Below, one piece after another: positions 38,466-51,430 of a stretch of DNA of 64,000 nucleotides. Made by a program: the position numbers and the translations under genes. The DNA is from Ruditapes philippinarum (Eukaryota). How positions within the stretch are numbered: the stretch's first letter is position 1; every line of letters begins with the position of its first letter. The notes beneath the pieces are model-generated. The model saw only the letters and a program-made list of their open reading frames with translations. It ran no database searches and was not told where the DNA came from. The stretch lies in assembly GCF_026571515.1 (NCBI RefSeq), contig NW_026852869.1:62001-126000 (forward strand), written 5' to 3'.

Positions 38466-40208
38466 GAGACAATGCCCTTTAACTGCTCGTTCCGTCAGCT
38501 TTTCTGTAAGTTAAACATGCGACAACGTAAATTACACAATATAGACATAAATAATAAATCAAAAGTCAGATATCCTGGCATTTACTCAAACATACTTCTA
38601 TTTGTTTTTCAGGAAAAATGCAATTACTGTTATGATAAGATATTTTAGCAAAACACGCAAGATAAAACATCAGTAAATGTATAGCTATCTATGTAGTTGG
38701 AAAGCATTTTGATAATATAACAAGAGAAAGGTTTTTCAATGCAGCAATTTAAACTTAAATAAGAAAGTGAAGCTTGCAAGGTCGAGCAACGTGTATAAAC
38801 GTACATTGACCTTTCATTTTTCTACCAAACATTTAGCGTGTAAGTAGTTAAACATTGTACCTGAGTTATCAGTATATTCTTTATACACAAGGACATTTTA
38901 TTATTAAGACAAATGAATAAATATGGGTAACGTTTTGAAATAGAATATTTGGTTATTTAACAGAAATCTAAAAGAGGTTAAGAAGGTTGCTCTTCTCTGG
39001 AATCCGTATTCGAACACGCGGAGTCAATTTTACCATTTGTCTGTTTTTCATTTGTTTTCAATTACATTATGATCTTTAATGATATGCTTTACTCATATTT
39101 TGGTTTACTAGTTGTATTGCAGACATTTATTGAAAGCCAGACATGTTTGCCTATAATGTTTAATTTGAATTTGAAAAAAATATGCACGCACTCTGTTTTG
39201 GAAACTGCCTTCCAACTGGTCATTCACAAAAGTTAACCTGGTCCTTTCTTAAAACAAACTGTGTTTTTTTAAATGACGCTTAAGTATTTATAATGTTTGT
39301 AGGGTCTGTATGTGTACTCAAAATGTTTATTTTTCATTTAAAAGAGACTGTACAGCAGTTATTAGTATTTGCAAATAACACACTTGAGCATTATATATCT
39401 CTTTGTGGGGAAAAATCTTTTTTCAATTCTAATTATATCATTAAAAAACAACAAAAACAAAAGTGTATTTAAAGAAATGTTGTTTATTTCTTACATGAGG
39501 TACAAAACGAAAACAATTAAATACTTGAAAACACTTAACCATGCCTGAAAACGTCTGCAATAAAGAAGACAACACAGCCGATTTCGATCAATACTTAGTC
39601 GCAATATAAATTGTAAACGATATTCAAATGGAAGAACATATGTAGGAAAACATCCAATTGATTCCGATAAACTATAATGTCTAAAAGTTGTTCTGACAAT
39701 ACATAATTAGATGTCTAAAATAATTTGCATCAACGCAATAGATGATAAAACAAACATTTATCAGCATAAGTAGATCAAGACGTCGATAAATCGTGTCTGA
39801 AGTTGGTTGAACAATTATATATTATTGCGTTTTTTTTCTATCATCAGCAAACTGGAAGCAAGGAAACAAATGACAATAAAACTAGTGATAACTGATAAGG
39901 ATAAGTATAAAGAAATGCCCGGCAAACTTATGTACCCAGATTTTAGGCGGAATGCTAGGAAAGGGAAAACAGTGAATTTTTGAGTACTTTAATGTCATTT
40001 ATGTACCTATAAGATCGTATAAAAGAAAGAAAGAAATACTCATTAAAAACCATTGACAATTACTGCAGTTGTAGTGATTAGTGATTAAGTCAAATTACTA
40101 CTCTGTTTATATTTTGCTACTTTTATGGCTATTTCACATTTAGAGAGCTACTTTCATAAGTTAACAAGCATTTAACGTGCTCTAATACTTTTAGTTAAAC
40201 GTTATTAA

Positions 40209-40454
40209 AGCTGCATGCCTCTTTATGTGCGGTTTACGACAGATTTTGAAGTCCTTTTCACCATTTTTCTACTGCGTAACTTATACAGTTGGGGCTATTT
40301 TGCATATTTTGACCTCTTTCTGGTAATTTACATGGGTTATAATTATGTTTGGAATGTGGACATTATTTTCTTTGTTCACTTCATAATATTTTAATTTTTA
40401 ATACATTTTAAAAATGTTCATGAAAAATTAGCATGGATGTGGAGGCGCACTGCT
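40209..40454. mobile_element. Kolobok-type MITE, second family
   Basis: TTAA|AGCTGCATGCCTC...GAGGCGCACTGCT|TTAA, with an imperfect TIR. Confidence 0.55.
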
Positions 40455-42325
40455 TTAAACTAATCTTTGCTCTTTCTAAAGAAGTTCGTTTTTTAGACAT
40501 AATGGGGTATTAAATAACATATAACTCCACAGTAATGGAACATTTCAGCTCGGTGAATCAATATCAGTATTACCTATTTTTTCAAATTCTACTCCGACTC
40601 ATATAAATAAAAATTTAGCACACCGTTTCCCAGCACAAAATGCCGCATTTATGGCTCAAATAAAATACAGCTTTCGTAATACAGACAAATAGTATCGTAT
40701 TGATGCTTAATATACCAAACATAACTGATCATAACTGATCATAACGTATGGTATTATGCCTACATAAGTTATCGAATGGTGTATGTTATGTTCTGTAAAT
40801 TATAAAGAAATAAATCACATACGGCCATATATACATTTCGATGGCTGAACGCAACACTGGTCTAACTTGATTTTTTTTCAAAAATGACTTTTTTGCATTT
40901 TTTAGTCTATTTGCATGAAATACATCAGTAAATAAAATATTAGAAATATTTGTGAAATTTTATGGGTTTTATTTACCACTTGGCATTTTGCTCTATCTCA
41001 AATGTGATTATAACTTAAATGCAACAGAGAGCTAACTCAAGTTAGAACTGTGTTGCATTCATCGAAATTTACTTATTGGATGATAACACTGTACTAACTC
41101 TAGTTAGCACAGTGTTGCTGTTAAATTTCAATACAATAAATTTTAGTATTGTTATATTTGCAGATATTAAGTTAGGTCTGGCATATTCATAAACACTTAT
41201 TTCTACATTTTACCCATTTTTGTTGCCAAAATTGCAGAATTGTAAATCCAAAGCTCTTAATTAATTCTATTTTGTTTTCAAGGAACATTTATAAGTTTAA
41301 AATTGCTATATTATCTCTACATAGTCATATAAGATTGAAATATAAAAAAAAGTGTAAATTAATCTTTCAAAAAGTTTTTTTATAATATTTAAATCATATA
41401 ATTCACTGTTGATGAAAATTATTTACAAGACAATTTGTTTTGTTTTTTGTTGTTGTTGTTTTTAATCATAGTGATCTATTAATACTGATGAAACCAGATC
41501 TCCCACCCTTTAAAAATTTCAAGATTTTATAATTATTTAATACAATTTGCTCCTAATTCTTAAAGGGACTCCAATTTTGGCATCATAGGACTTAAAATAC
41601 ATGAATATATATTCGAGATTTATGTACAATTTGATGACAGTCTGGACAATAACTTGTGGTGTTAAAACTTTCAGATTATTTGCTAAGTTTTTTCCGGAGC
41701 AATTATGTGAACTGTAAAAATGACCGAAAATTGAAAAGCATTCTTATATTAGCTTTAAACTCAAATTAGATTCTAATAGAACCATGATGGAATTTTCAAT
41801 TTCATGTTAAGTATAATTTCTTTAATATATCTCTTGTGTATCTTTTTGTTTATGTGACCCAAGTTGATTCATTTCAGAAATTCAAATCTTAAGTTTTTAT
41901 GCTTTTGGACATCAGTGAAGTATTTTTAAGTATCTGTATGTACAAGGCTTGTAATCATTTAAATAAAACTTTTGGTTTGGTTGGTTTTACAGCGCACCAA
42001 CACAATTGAGGTCCTTAGAATAATGTCACTGAAAAAGATTTTTTCTTGCACATCAGATAGGATTATCTTCTGTTTTAAAATACACCGGTGCTAGAAAAAC
42101 CTGTCTTACATCCCCCATGTAAGACAAGTCAATGTTTTTAAATGAAGTCATTCCCAAGCGCCTTTTATGAATGAATTGCTTTCTAAACATGACATCATTG
42201 TGCCATAACAATAAAGTTGTAAAGTCATACGCTACTATACGAGAAAAGTGCTAAATGAAACTATTAGTTATCGTCATTTCTTTACGAAATATCACTAATA
42301 TGTAATATGCGATAAAAAAAATCAA

Positions 42326-42458
42326 ACACAAGCTGTTGTCACAGACAGGAATATCTAGCTCTTGGGTAACTGTGTAGCGGAAACTCTGCAGAGTCTCTTT
42401 ACCGCCATAAAAATTACCCTCAAGTTAGATATTCTTGTCTGTACCGGCAGCCAGTGTA
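42326..42458. repeat. Degenerate long hairpin of a Crypton-like non-autonomous element nested in the Sola1-like element
   Basis: acagacaggaatatctagctcttgggtaa pairs with ttaccctcaagttagatattcttgtctgt. A nearby perfect 10-bp stem tgtcttacat/atgtaagaca lies at 42102-42126. Confidence 0.55.
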
Positions 42459-42529
42459 AATTCCTTATAGGCTTAGTAAATTCCTTATAAGCTAACCTCA
42501 GATGTTACAAAAATGAAGCAGCAGAACTT

Positions 42530-42625
42530 GGGTACTTGAGGTCTTCCTCTACTGGGAAAGCTAGAGTATTGCCATGTGACCTCTACTATGTAAGTGTGAC
42601 ATAAAACCCAACAAGAAAAGAAAAG
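42530..42625 (+). mobile_element. 3' fragment of SINE family 1 nested in the Sola1-like element
   Basis: ggtacttgaggtcttcctctact...aagct...gccatgtgacct...gtgtgacataaaacccaacaa. Confidence 0.65.
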
Positions 42626-42719
42626 AAATGTTGTGGAGGGTCCCCGTGACAGCAATGCAAGTCTCAAAGTTCTAGCGCCTCTGGAACGACCCTGAGAGCT
42701 CGGCGCGCCCGGCAAAATG

Positions 42720-44100
42720 TGGGGGACAATGTTGGTGATATATTATATTTAGTGTGGCCAATGCTGATAAAGAGGGTAATAGTGGAAACAATGCTTCTGA
42801 AATCATAGATGGGATAATGCTGGAGATATGATAGTAAATGGGGACAATGCTGGTGATATCATAGTAAATGGAGATAATGCTGGTGATATGAGGGTTAGTT
42901 TGGACAATGCTGGTGATTTCAATGTAAATGGGGACAATGCTGGTGATATCATAGTAAATGGGGACAATGCTGTTGATTTCATAGTAAATGGGGACAATGC
43001 TGGTGATATAATAGTAAATGGGGACATTGCTGGTGATTTCATAGTAAATGGGGACAATGCTGGTGATATCATAGTAAATTGGGACAATGCTGGTGATATA
43101 TAGTAAATGGGGACATTGCTGGTGATTTCATAGTAAATGGGGACAATGCTGGTGATATCATAGTAAATTGGGACAATGCTGGTGATATAATAGTAATTTG
43201 GGATAATGCTGGTGATATGAGGGTAAGTTGGAACAATGCTGGTGATATCATAGTAAATGGGGATAATAGTGATATGAGGGTTAGTTGGGACAATGCTGGT
43301 GATATAGTAAATGGGGACAATGCTGGTGATATCATAGTAAATGGGGACAATGCTGGTGATATCATAGTAAATGGGGACAATGCTGGTGATATAATAGTAA
43401 ATGGGGATAATTCCCAGGTGATATGAGGGTTAGTTCGGACAATGCTGGTGATATCATAGTAATTGGGGATAATGCTGGTGATATTAGGGTATGTTGGGAG
43501 TGATATCATAGTAAATGGGGACAATGCTGGTGATATGAGGGTTAGTTTGGACAATGCTGGTGATATCATAGTAAATGGGGACAATGCTGGCGATATGAGG
43601 GTTAGTTGGGACAATGCTGGTGATATCATAGTAAATGGGGACAATGCTGGTGATATCATAGTGTGTGTCTGAGACAATGCTGGTAATATGAGTGTTTAAG
43701 TGGGGACAATGTTAGTGATATTATAGTTTGAGGGGACAATGCTGGTGATATTATAGTAAGTTGGGGCAATGCTGGTATTATAAGGGTTAGTGGGGACATT
43801 ACTGGTGATATGATAGTTAATAGTGAGGACAATGTTGGTATCATAAGGGTAGTTGGGACAAAATTGGTGATATAATTATAGTTAGAGGGGAATATGCTGA
43901 GGATGACAATGCTGGTGATAAAAGTGTGATTGATGACAATACTGATGTAATGAGGTCTAATATGGTGGCAATGCTGCTTATATAGGTGGTGAGGAAGATA
44001 GTGGGGGTGAGATGAGTATTCAGAATAGTAATGTTGGTTAATAAAGGCTAGTGGAGACAATGCTGTTTATATAAGAGCCGTGATGGTGATAAAAATGCTG
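42720..44100. repeat. 30-bp minisatellite GGGACAATGCTGGTGATATCATAGTAAATG with variant ...ATGAGGGTTAGTT; homogeneous core at 42810-43660, decaying at both ends
   Basis: Directly visible tandem units. They explain the repetitive ORFs on both strands. Confidence 0.95.
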
Positions 44101-45499
44101 TTAATCATTTTGAAGGTGAAATTAGGGTTTTTGATATCATTATGCTGGTGATGAGTACTGGCAAGTAGAGAATGGTTAAAATGATGGTTTATGTAATATT
44201 GAAGATGGTTATTAAATGGGGAAAATATTTGATAAAAAAGTAAGAATGATGATAGATAAAAGAGAAATGTAATGAATTACTGTAATATGAATATGGAAAA
44301 AAAATTATGTTTAAAAATCTGACAAAAAATTGAGTATAACGGATGATGAGAAAGGAAGGTGGACAAAGCTATATATACAAGTGCCATGCCAAGTTTAATT
44401 ACAAAGAGAGGCAAAAGTTTTTTTTCTTTGGCAACTTGGAGAGATAACCTTAGTTTATGCAAAATGTTCCTAAAGTTAACATTTTTCTTGAAGTTCTGAC
44501 TACATAAATAAACTTGAAAATATAAATGAAGATCCAATAGACAAAAATTAGGTTCATTTTGAATAAAATTGCCTGTATTTTTAGAATTGCGAGTTTTAAA
44601 TGATGCATCTATTTTTCAGTTATGAGTATGTGCTTCAATTTTAATGTTACATTGAATAATGCTTTTAAAAAAAAATCTTGTCTACAAAACATTCATTCCA
44701 CACTGAAACTTTATAATAAATTTTTTTTTGAATATTTATGTGATAAAACAAATGACTTTTAAGATTGTCTGATTTCTAGTATGTTATGCAAATAGTTGTC
44801 AATTTTGTATAAATTAAACTGTCGGTTTCCTTAGAAAAGTTGTTTTCTTTTAAAAACATACTAAAATATTGTTATAGTTACAGCTTTTTTCTATTATATC
44901 ATCCTATTTTTTTCAAACATAGCACTTATTGATTATTCTTTTGGCCTTTTTGACCCTTTTTGTAAATGCAACATAGGGCTAAGTCAAGTTAGACCAGTTT
45001 TGCTGAAAATTTATCATTGAAATTTGGTGATTTATACATGGAAAACTGATCTAACTCATATCTTTTCAAATATCTTTTTTATTTAACAATATTAATTTAT
45101 GAAACTCCTTTTACCTAAAATTTTAACTTATATGGATATAAAAATCTAAAAATAATAACAAAAATGTCCAATTTATAGAATTAATGAAGTTTTTATAGCC
45201 TCCTCGAAATTTTGTAAATATCAAGTTAGACCAGTGTTGCGTTCAGCCATCGATTTGTTTCCGAAACCATTTCGTTTGTCATATGACAGGATGTATCAGA
45301 CACAAGCAACATTTTAACAGCTTCTTGTTTGCATATTGTTATAAAAAATCGGGAACAATCTATAGAATCATAGTCAACCGTCGATCAGTGACTACTCGGT
45401 TCCTTTCTAAATTCTTTTTTAATTATCACCGTTTGAAATAAGAAAAATATAAGTTTAATTTCAGAAACTTGTTATAAATGCATTATAAATTGTTATTCT

Positions 45500-46200
45500 G
45501 TATTATTAAGTAAAAATATATCATTATACTTTCAGATTTTTGTTTTTATTATCGTATTAATATTTTCCAGAAGACGAAAGGATCATATGTATGACAACAA
45601 ACTACATTTACATTGCACTTTCATTTGAATATCTTGTTCGTGTTCTTCATGAACTTCATAATTTATGAATGCTGTTTCAAGAAAATGCTTTTAGGATTAA
45701 CTTTGGCATAATCTCATTTAACAATACATTGTATTGAATTGTCATGTGTATATACACTATGCGTTTTGTCATTTATTGTTTTAATGTTGCTAAAGAAATT
45801 CTAAGAAAATCATTTATCATTTCCCAATTTGACTTTAGGGCATTGCTTTACGATAACACACGGGCCAAGCTCGACCTTCTGCATTGTCAACACTAATTGG
45901 ATATTAAAATAAATAAATAAATTGATGCTACGCATTTTGGACAGTTATGGATAGAAGCTACTTGCTACTTATGACAGAAGGTGATAGATAATCCTTTGTC
46001 AGAAAAAAAAATCATTTGAAAACATGTCATGAACATAAGGAATGGTATATTATGAATATCCTATAATATTTGATAAATTTGGAGAGACAATTTCTAGTAT
46101 TTTTTTCTAATGAATGTTGCAAGGTGTGCAGAGAATCATATATTTTCTTTTTAGCTGAAAGAGAAGTTGAAAAGTCTATGAAATTATTGTAACAATATAT
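45500..46200 (+). pseudogene. Diverged C-terminal fragment of a STAND-like module related to 18400-18700
   Basis: Nucleotide similarity gaaattctaagaaaatc...agggcattgctttac...tgcattgtcaac; translates as AKEILRKS / LGHCFTIT / ALSTLI. Confidence 0.4.
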
Positions 46201-46587
46201 CAGAAAATAGGGATATGGCGGCTGAAATAAACTCCTTTTTGGGACATTTATTCTCGAGTGCCCAATGCTCTAAATGCGCCTATTGTCTGTGGCTGTCGTA
46301 AAAAAGTAGAAACTTCAATTTAAATGTCGGTTATTGTTTCTTTCCTTGAACCGATGCTTTTTTCTGGTCAACGTCTCGTGAGACTTCTATTATAAGAGAA
46401 GACAATTCACATGAAACAAAAAATGAATTAAATGCTATGTATCTCCAAAATTTCATCCGCATATAAGATAAAAAGTTAAAGAAATACAAATAGAGGCTAG
46501 TGAAATTTCTATGCTTAATGTAATGAGTCATGGACAATCGTTGATATGCTGAAAGAAAAAATTTGCAATTGTTTGCATAAACATTAT

Positions 46588-47186
46588 ACAATTATTGACT
46601 AGTGAGCCATTGAATATGATGTGATATTCACCGGCAGATGACATATTGACCGAGGCGATAGCCGAGGTCAATATGACTTTTTGCCGGTAAATATCACATC
46701 ATATTCAATGGTTCACTAGTCAATAATTGTTTTATTATATGAATAGGCTAAGAAATTTTAAAAAAAATCACAAAAGTACAACCTTATAATTATACATGTG
46801 CAAATTTTGCCTCGTTGAAGCGCGGGAAAAAAGACGCACGTGTTAGGCGTGCAACGACTACGCGAACGCTGCGCATACAAAAATAATTCAAGTATATACT
46901 CATCATTGCGGTGTAACCTTTAAGTATAATAGTAAAGTATTGATATTTTAATCGAGAAATATGCCATAAAGAACAAAAAGCAACAAATATTTTTTAATCA
47001 ACACGCGTAATTAACAGTCTACGGTGTATGATCATTGAATATGAGTCTCAATCTATTTTTAGACTGGGAAAATCCAATTTAGTCAGTGAATATGATACTA
47101 CACCCAGTAAATATGATTTTATTAAAAGTTCTGTTGACTACTGTTTGGACCAATGAGATTGCAGCTATATTTAGATCATATAATAA
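46588..47186. mobile_element. Hairpin-ended non-autonomous element (Crypton/tyrosine-recombinase-like architecture, inferred)
   Basis: 143-bp near-perfect palindrome at 46588-46730 centred on CCGAGGCGATAGCCGAGG. It is followed by TTATTATATGA (46732-46742), whose inverse TCATATAATAA closes the element at 47176-47186. Confidence 0.65.
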
Positions 47187-47204
47187 TGTCTCATATTTGT
47201 GATG

Positions 47205-47382
47205 AATTCTTGATTGTGTTACAGCTGAATGTGTTATTATAGATGATTGCGTTACAGATGATTTTGTTACTTTAACAGGTAATTGTGTTCCAGCTGATTG
47301 GCTTTTTACTGATGAGTTTGTTACAGATGATTTCGTTACAGATTATTTTTTACAGGTGGTTTTGCTACAAATGACTGTGTTC
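47205..47382. repeat. Degenerate ~18-20-bp minisatellite (gttacagatgatt..)
   Basis: Repeated gttacag(a/c)tga motif. Confidence 0.7.
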
Positions 47383-47986
47383 ATATATTGGTAAAACATA
47401 CAACACTGCCAAAATTCGATCACAGCTTGTCGAAATGTATATTATATTTAATAATCCAGAACAAAAACAAATCCCAAGAAACTAATTATGATGTCAGGTA
47501 TAGCTTTAATCAGATATCAAATCGTTATACTGGTTATCATATGTATTATTTGTTTTAGTGTTTAAAAACATTACCTTTCTTTAATTACGACAATATAACA
47601 AAAGCAAAGCAGTTTATTATTTTCCCTCTTTTTGTATAGGATTCCAGATCCCTTGCTTTCAATTTCACAGATCCCGATTTTGTCCTCTTCTAGAAATAAT
47701 CCGGATAAATTACTAAGTAATCCGTAGTTTACTTAAAAGGAGACTCAGCCCATTAGCAGAAAAGACGCGTACGACTTTCTGATACAGGGCACAGGCAATT
47801 GACACAATTCAAATTTATTTAGATCAAGAAAACCGACTTTTAACATTTGCGACTCATTCGATATAGTGCGTAATAAAAGGACGGATTATGCATAAAGATA
47901 ATGTTTTCTTAGTTAAATAGTTTCCCCCAGATATGTTGTGTTGCATTCAGGCTGAGCTGGTATTTTGAATCTTGTAGACGGAACGT

Positions 47987-48140
47987 TATATATTGTACAT
48001 TACTTGTCTACAGGAGAAAGACATAGTCTTGTTTGTATTAAAAAAAGGATAAGAACAATTAAAGTATATATTGTACATTACTTGTCTACAGGAGAAAGAC
48101 ATAGTCTTGTTTGTATTATAAATAGGATAAGAACAATTAA
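47987..48140. repeat. Two-copy tandem duplication, period 78 bp
   Basis: tatatattgtacattacttgtctacaggagaaagacatagtcttgtttgtatta...ggataagaacaattaa occurs twice. Confidence 0.9.
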
Positions 48141-48214
48141 GGACGTTATTGTTCAAAAAGACAAAGAATTACTAGTTATTTCTACAGACATGTTTCGTCC
48201 CGTTTCTATTTTGT

Positions 48215-48480
48215 GTTGATTGTTTTGGTTTTACGTAACACCGACACACAAAAGGTCATATGACGACGTTTCAACTTTCTTAGTGAAAGAAGACCTCAGG
48301 TGCCCTTCCGTGCATTATTTTAGGCACGAACGGGCACCTGAGTAGACTCACTGACGTTCCGTACGACTAGTCTGATAGGTTCCTCACATGAAAGAATCCA
48401 AAGTCCCTGTCGGGATTAGAACTCACAGCGACGAGAGACAAGTGGCTTGAAATAAACGACCTTAACCACTAGGCCAAAGA
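48215..48480 (-). mobile_element. SINE family 1, near full length with tail
   Basis: Aligns to 20602-20835 and continues into the ...tgtcggtgttacgtaaaaccaaaacaatcaac tail. Confidence 0.88.
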
Positions 48481-49599
48481 CTCACTCTGTTTTTTTATTT
48501 ACTTAACGTAAGCTACGCAATGATTGTTATACAACACATAATAATAAATTATCATATTTATCGATGATCATGCATCTGAATGACCTATAAGACAATGTAA
48601 TACTACTGTAAGACAGTTATAAATAAGATATTGCCCGGCTGTTAAGCACACGCTTGTTTTTGGTTTAAAAAAGGGTTTATGTTTTTCGGGGAACATAATG
48701 TCAAATAAATCTCGTACTTTAAAACATTTAGCTGAAAGATCGGTCGGTTGCTCTTATATAATTATGAATAAACTTTAAATATATTTTTTATAAAAAAAAA
48801 CCCACATAGGGCCAAAAGAAAAATTTTTTTTTCTAAATCATTTTAAAATTTTATAAAAGCGAAAGTTTCTACAAATTCACAATTTATTTATACGGAGCTC
48901 TCGCGGCCCTTCAAATTTTTAAAAAAATAATTACCCTAGAAAATTTTAAATTTTTTTGACATCTCTTTAAAAAAACAAAGGGTTTTGTGAACGAGACTTT
49001 AAACAATTGGAAAATTTAGTTACTTAATTTTAAAAAACTTCATTCAGTATTAAATTTTTTAAAATTAAAAAATACAAGTACTTAAGGGAAAAAAAGAAAA
49101 AATTAAGTGTTTAAAATTAACAGTTTTTTTTCCCAAAATTCGTGGATTTCAAAAAATTTATTGGGAGGTAATTTTTTTAAAAATTTTTTTTCGATTTTGT
49201 CTTTTTTTGGAAAATTAAATGTTACAAATAATGAAATCTGATTGCTTTAACCCAAATTCCCAGAAATTTATAATTTGAATGTTTTTTTGATAAAATGTTT
49301 GTTATTTTCGGTCCTTTTAAAATATTAAAAAAGGGTTTTTTATTTTTTTCCCCCAATCTAAGATTTTCCATTGTTTAGAAAACAAAAATTTGTTTGCATT
49401 TTTTAAATCAATTCTGACCTTTCTTGCTTGTTTGTATTAACAATTTTTTGGGTCGTATAACAAAAGTTTTCACTCATAAACAATACTTTTAAATTCCCAT
49501 TAAAATTTTCAGAAAAAAGCTAATCAGTCAAAAGGGATCTTCCCTCTTAATGTTTGTTACATAGCGTTGTTGTAGTAATTATAGAAATACGGTCGTGTG

Positions 49600-51430
49600 T
49601 ACTTTTAATGTTTCCATGCCAACTGGATTTCATTCCCGTTTTTTGTGTTTCGTCTTTTTAAGAAGTGGACACAACCGCATAGTTTGACTCTTTATTCAAT
49701 AGTTTCAACAAAGTTTGACAGAATGACCATCTCTGTTATAAAACATTGTTGTTCGTTTTTTAAACTAAGCAAAACAAAATAAAAGAATGCTAAAAATGTT
49801 CCTAATTTACATCTGGTATCCATATCACTTGCATTTCGTGCTTTTTGTACGTTCAATTGATGTCACCATCAAGTATTGTTTTGTAAATTTAAATGTTAGA
49901 TATAATGTTTTGAAAGGACATATGCAATTATTTTTACCATCTCTGTGTGAGATAACTAGAAGTTAAAGGATCGTCGACTGGAACCCTACCTTGGTCAAGT
50001 TCAAGTGTACTCAGAATACACCGATAATTGTAATATAGAACAATGACATTCTATTTTCATTTTGTTCAAATAATACTTAAGTTTCCATCATGTGTTGAAC
50101 TAATCTTTATTTCAGTTGCATGGTTAATACATTGGTAAAATTATTTTTTAGAACTTAATAACTCTGCTTTTCTTTTTATACATTGCATCTACGTGTTTTA
50201 TTGCTTAAATTTCTATCTACCGTAACAGTTGTCTTAAACAATACACCTGGTGTAATAATTCTCAAAATAACAAATTTGCATACTAGATACAGATATGAAT
50301 AAACAAAACTCATTTCACTGACATTTCCAAATTTTTTATTCTGACAAATGAAATTGATTGTTTTGTATTGTGGATTTCAATAAATTTAAGACCTAAGCAA
50401 GACAAATATTTATCAACACAATAGAATTTTTGATGCAGATTCAGTGCATTTTTAGAAGTTTGAAACTGTGAATCTGATCCATGAACAATTGAATAGTCAT
50501 GACATTGTTTGGTGTTTTGATAGCTCTGCAAATGCATATGCGATGTAAAACTCTTAAACAACCTTTAGATTACTAAAATACATGATAAAATTAAACAATT
50601 GTACGTTAATGAAATGTCTGTTTACTTTTAAAATAATATTTGTGGCTTTGGTTATTTTTTTAAAGTAATGTATTTTTGTTGTTTGATAATTCGAGGCTTT
50701 AACAGGGCTTGTTGTATTTCATTTGCAGCCCTTCATAATTTTAGGGTTTTCTGTTTAGTAATGCAAAACAGAAAATGCTTGAGACGTGAAGAAAACCTTT
50801 AAATCGTTGTCGATTTTTTCACCAAAAAGATCACATAATTCTATAAAGGGTGTAAACTGTAGCTTGAAGTTACAACTACTGTTACTAAAAAGGTTCAATT
50901 TCAAACTGAGCATGCATCAATTTCATTTTGCCGTGGTGTGCATTAGTTTGGGTTTCCGATTTTTTTTTCGATTTTTTTTTTTAAATGATCATTGTATAAC
51001 ATCTTGGGTGAGTCTTTTGTTTCTGAAATGTAAAGCTGCTTTATGACTGTTTCTTCTTATTTACATCCTAGCTTAGGTTTAACTTAAGAGGTACATTCTG
51101 GAAGTCGTGTTTATTTGCCCAATATTCGTGTTATTTTGTGTCTTCAAATCGGTTATGCTACCCTTTAATATATCTGTAACACAATTAATTTCAACGACAC
51201 TAGACACTTATTTTAATGTGTCAGATACACGGTTAGCTTCTTTGTGAATATAGATTGACAAGAAGAAAGTTTAAATAAAAAGGAATTATCGTATTAGCTG
51301 TGAATCTTGGACAATAGTTTAGTAAGTCTGAATGTTAAATTGTTTCCGTGTTTCCTATAACATTACACCATTTTATCGAGAGATTATCATTTAATCTGCC
51401 TCGAAAGCTTTTTGAACGACAGATATTATT
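49600..51430 (-). pseudogene. Fossil STAND NTPase module on the minus strand
   Basis: KWCNVIGNTET (51373-51341), PFIELCDLFG (50850-50821), IFCFALLN, EIQQALL (50720-50700) and V*EFYIAYAF (~50561-50529), in order. Confidence 0.45.

Larger units (their letters stand above)
20011..39010. repeat. Segmental tandem duplication, copy B
   Basis: Begins with a copy of protease intron 4 (20012-20239 ~ 2229-2449). Ends at aatccgtatt (39001-39010), which matches aatgcgtatt at the end of copy A. Confidence 0.92.
40839..45252. mobile_element. 4.4-kb non-autonomous DNA transposon, Sola1-like
   Basis: Perfect 33-bp TIR CGATGGCTGAACGCAACACTGGTCTAACTTGAT (40839-40871 / 45220-45252). 4-bp TSD ATTT on both sides; AWWT is the Sola1 target preference. 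Internal partial TIR copy at ~44984-44999. No transposase ORF seen. Confidence 0.8.

Noticed and set aside
42890-43610. Telomere-like AGGGTTAG within the minisatellite variants
   Set aside because: It never forms tandem TTAGGG repeats and is incidental.
42803-44060. Repetitive ORFs (MISPALSPFT / GDNAGDIIVN) as a mucin-like or ice-binding-like gene
   Set aside because: These are a by-product of a 30-bp repeat inside a transposon, with frequent frameshifts and no unique flanking exon or signal peptide.
47733-47968. Possible TTAA MITE (aaggagactcagcc ... ggctgagctggtatt)
   Set aside because: The TIR match is short, the right TSD is not intact, and there is no empty site for comparison.
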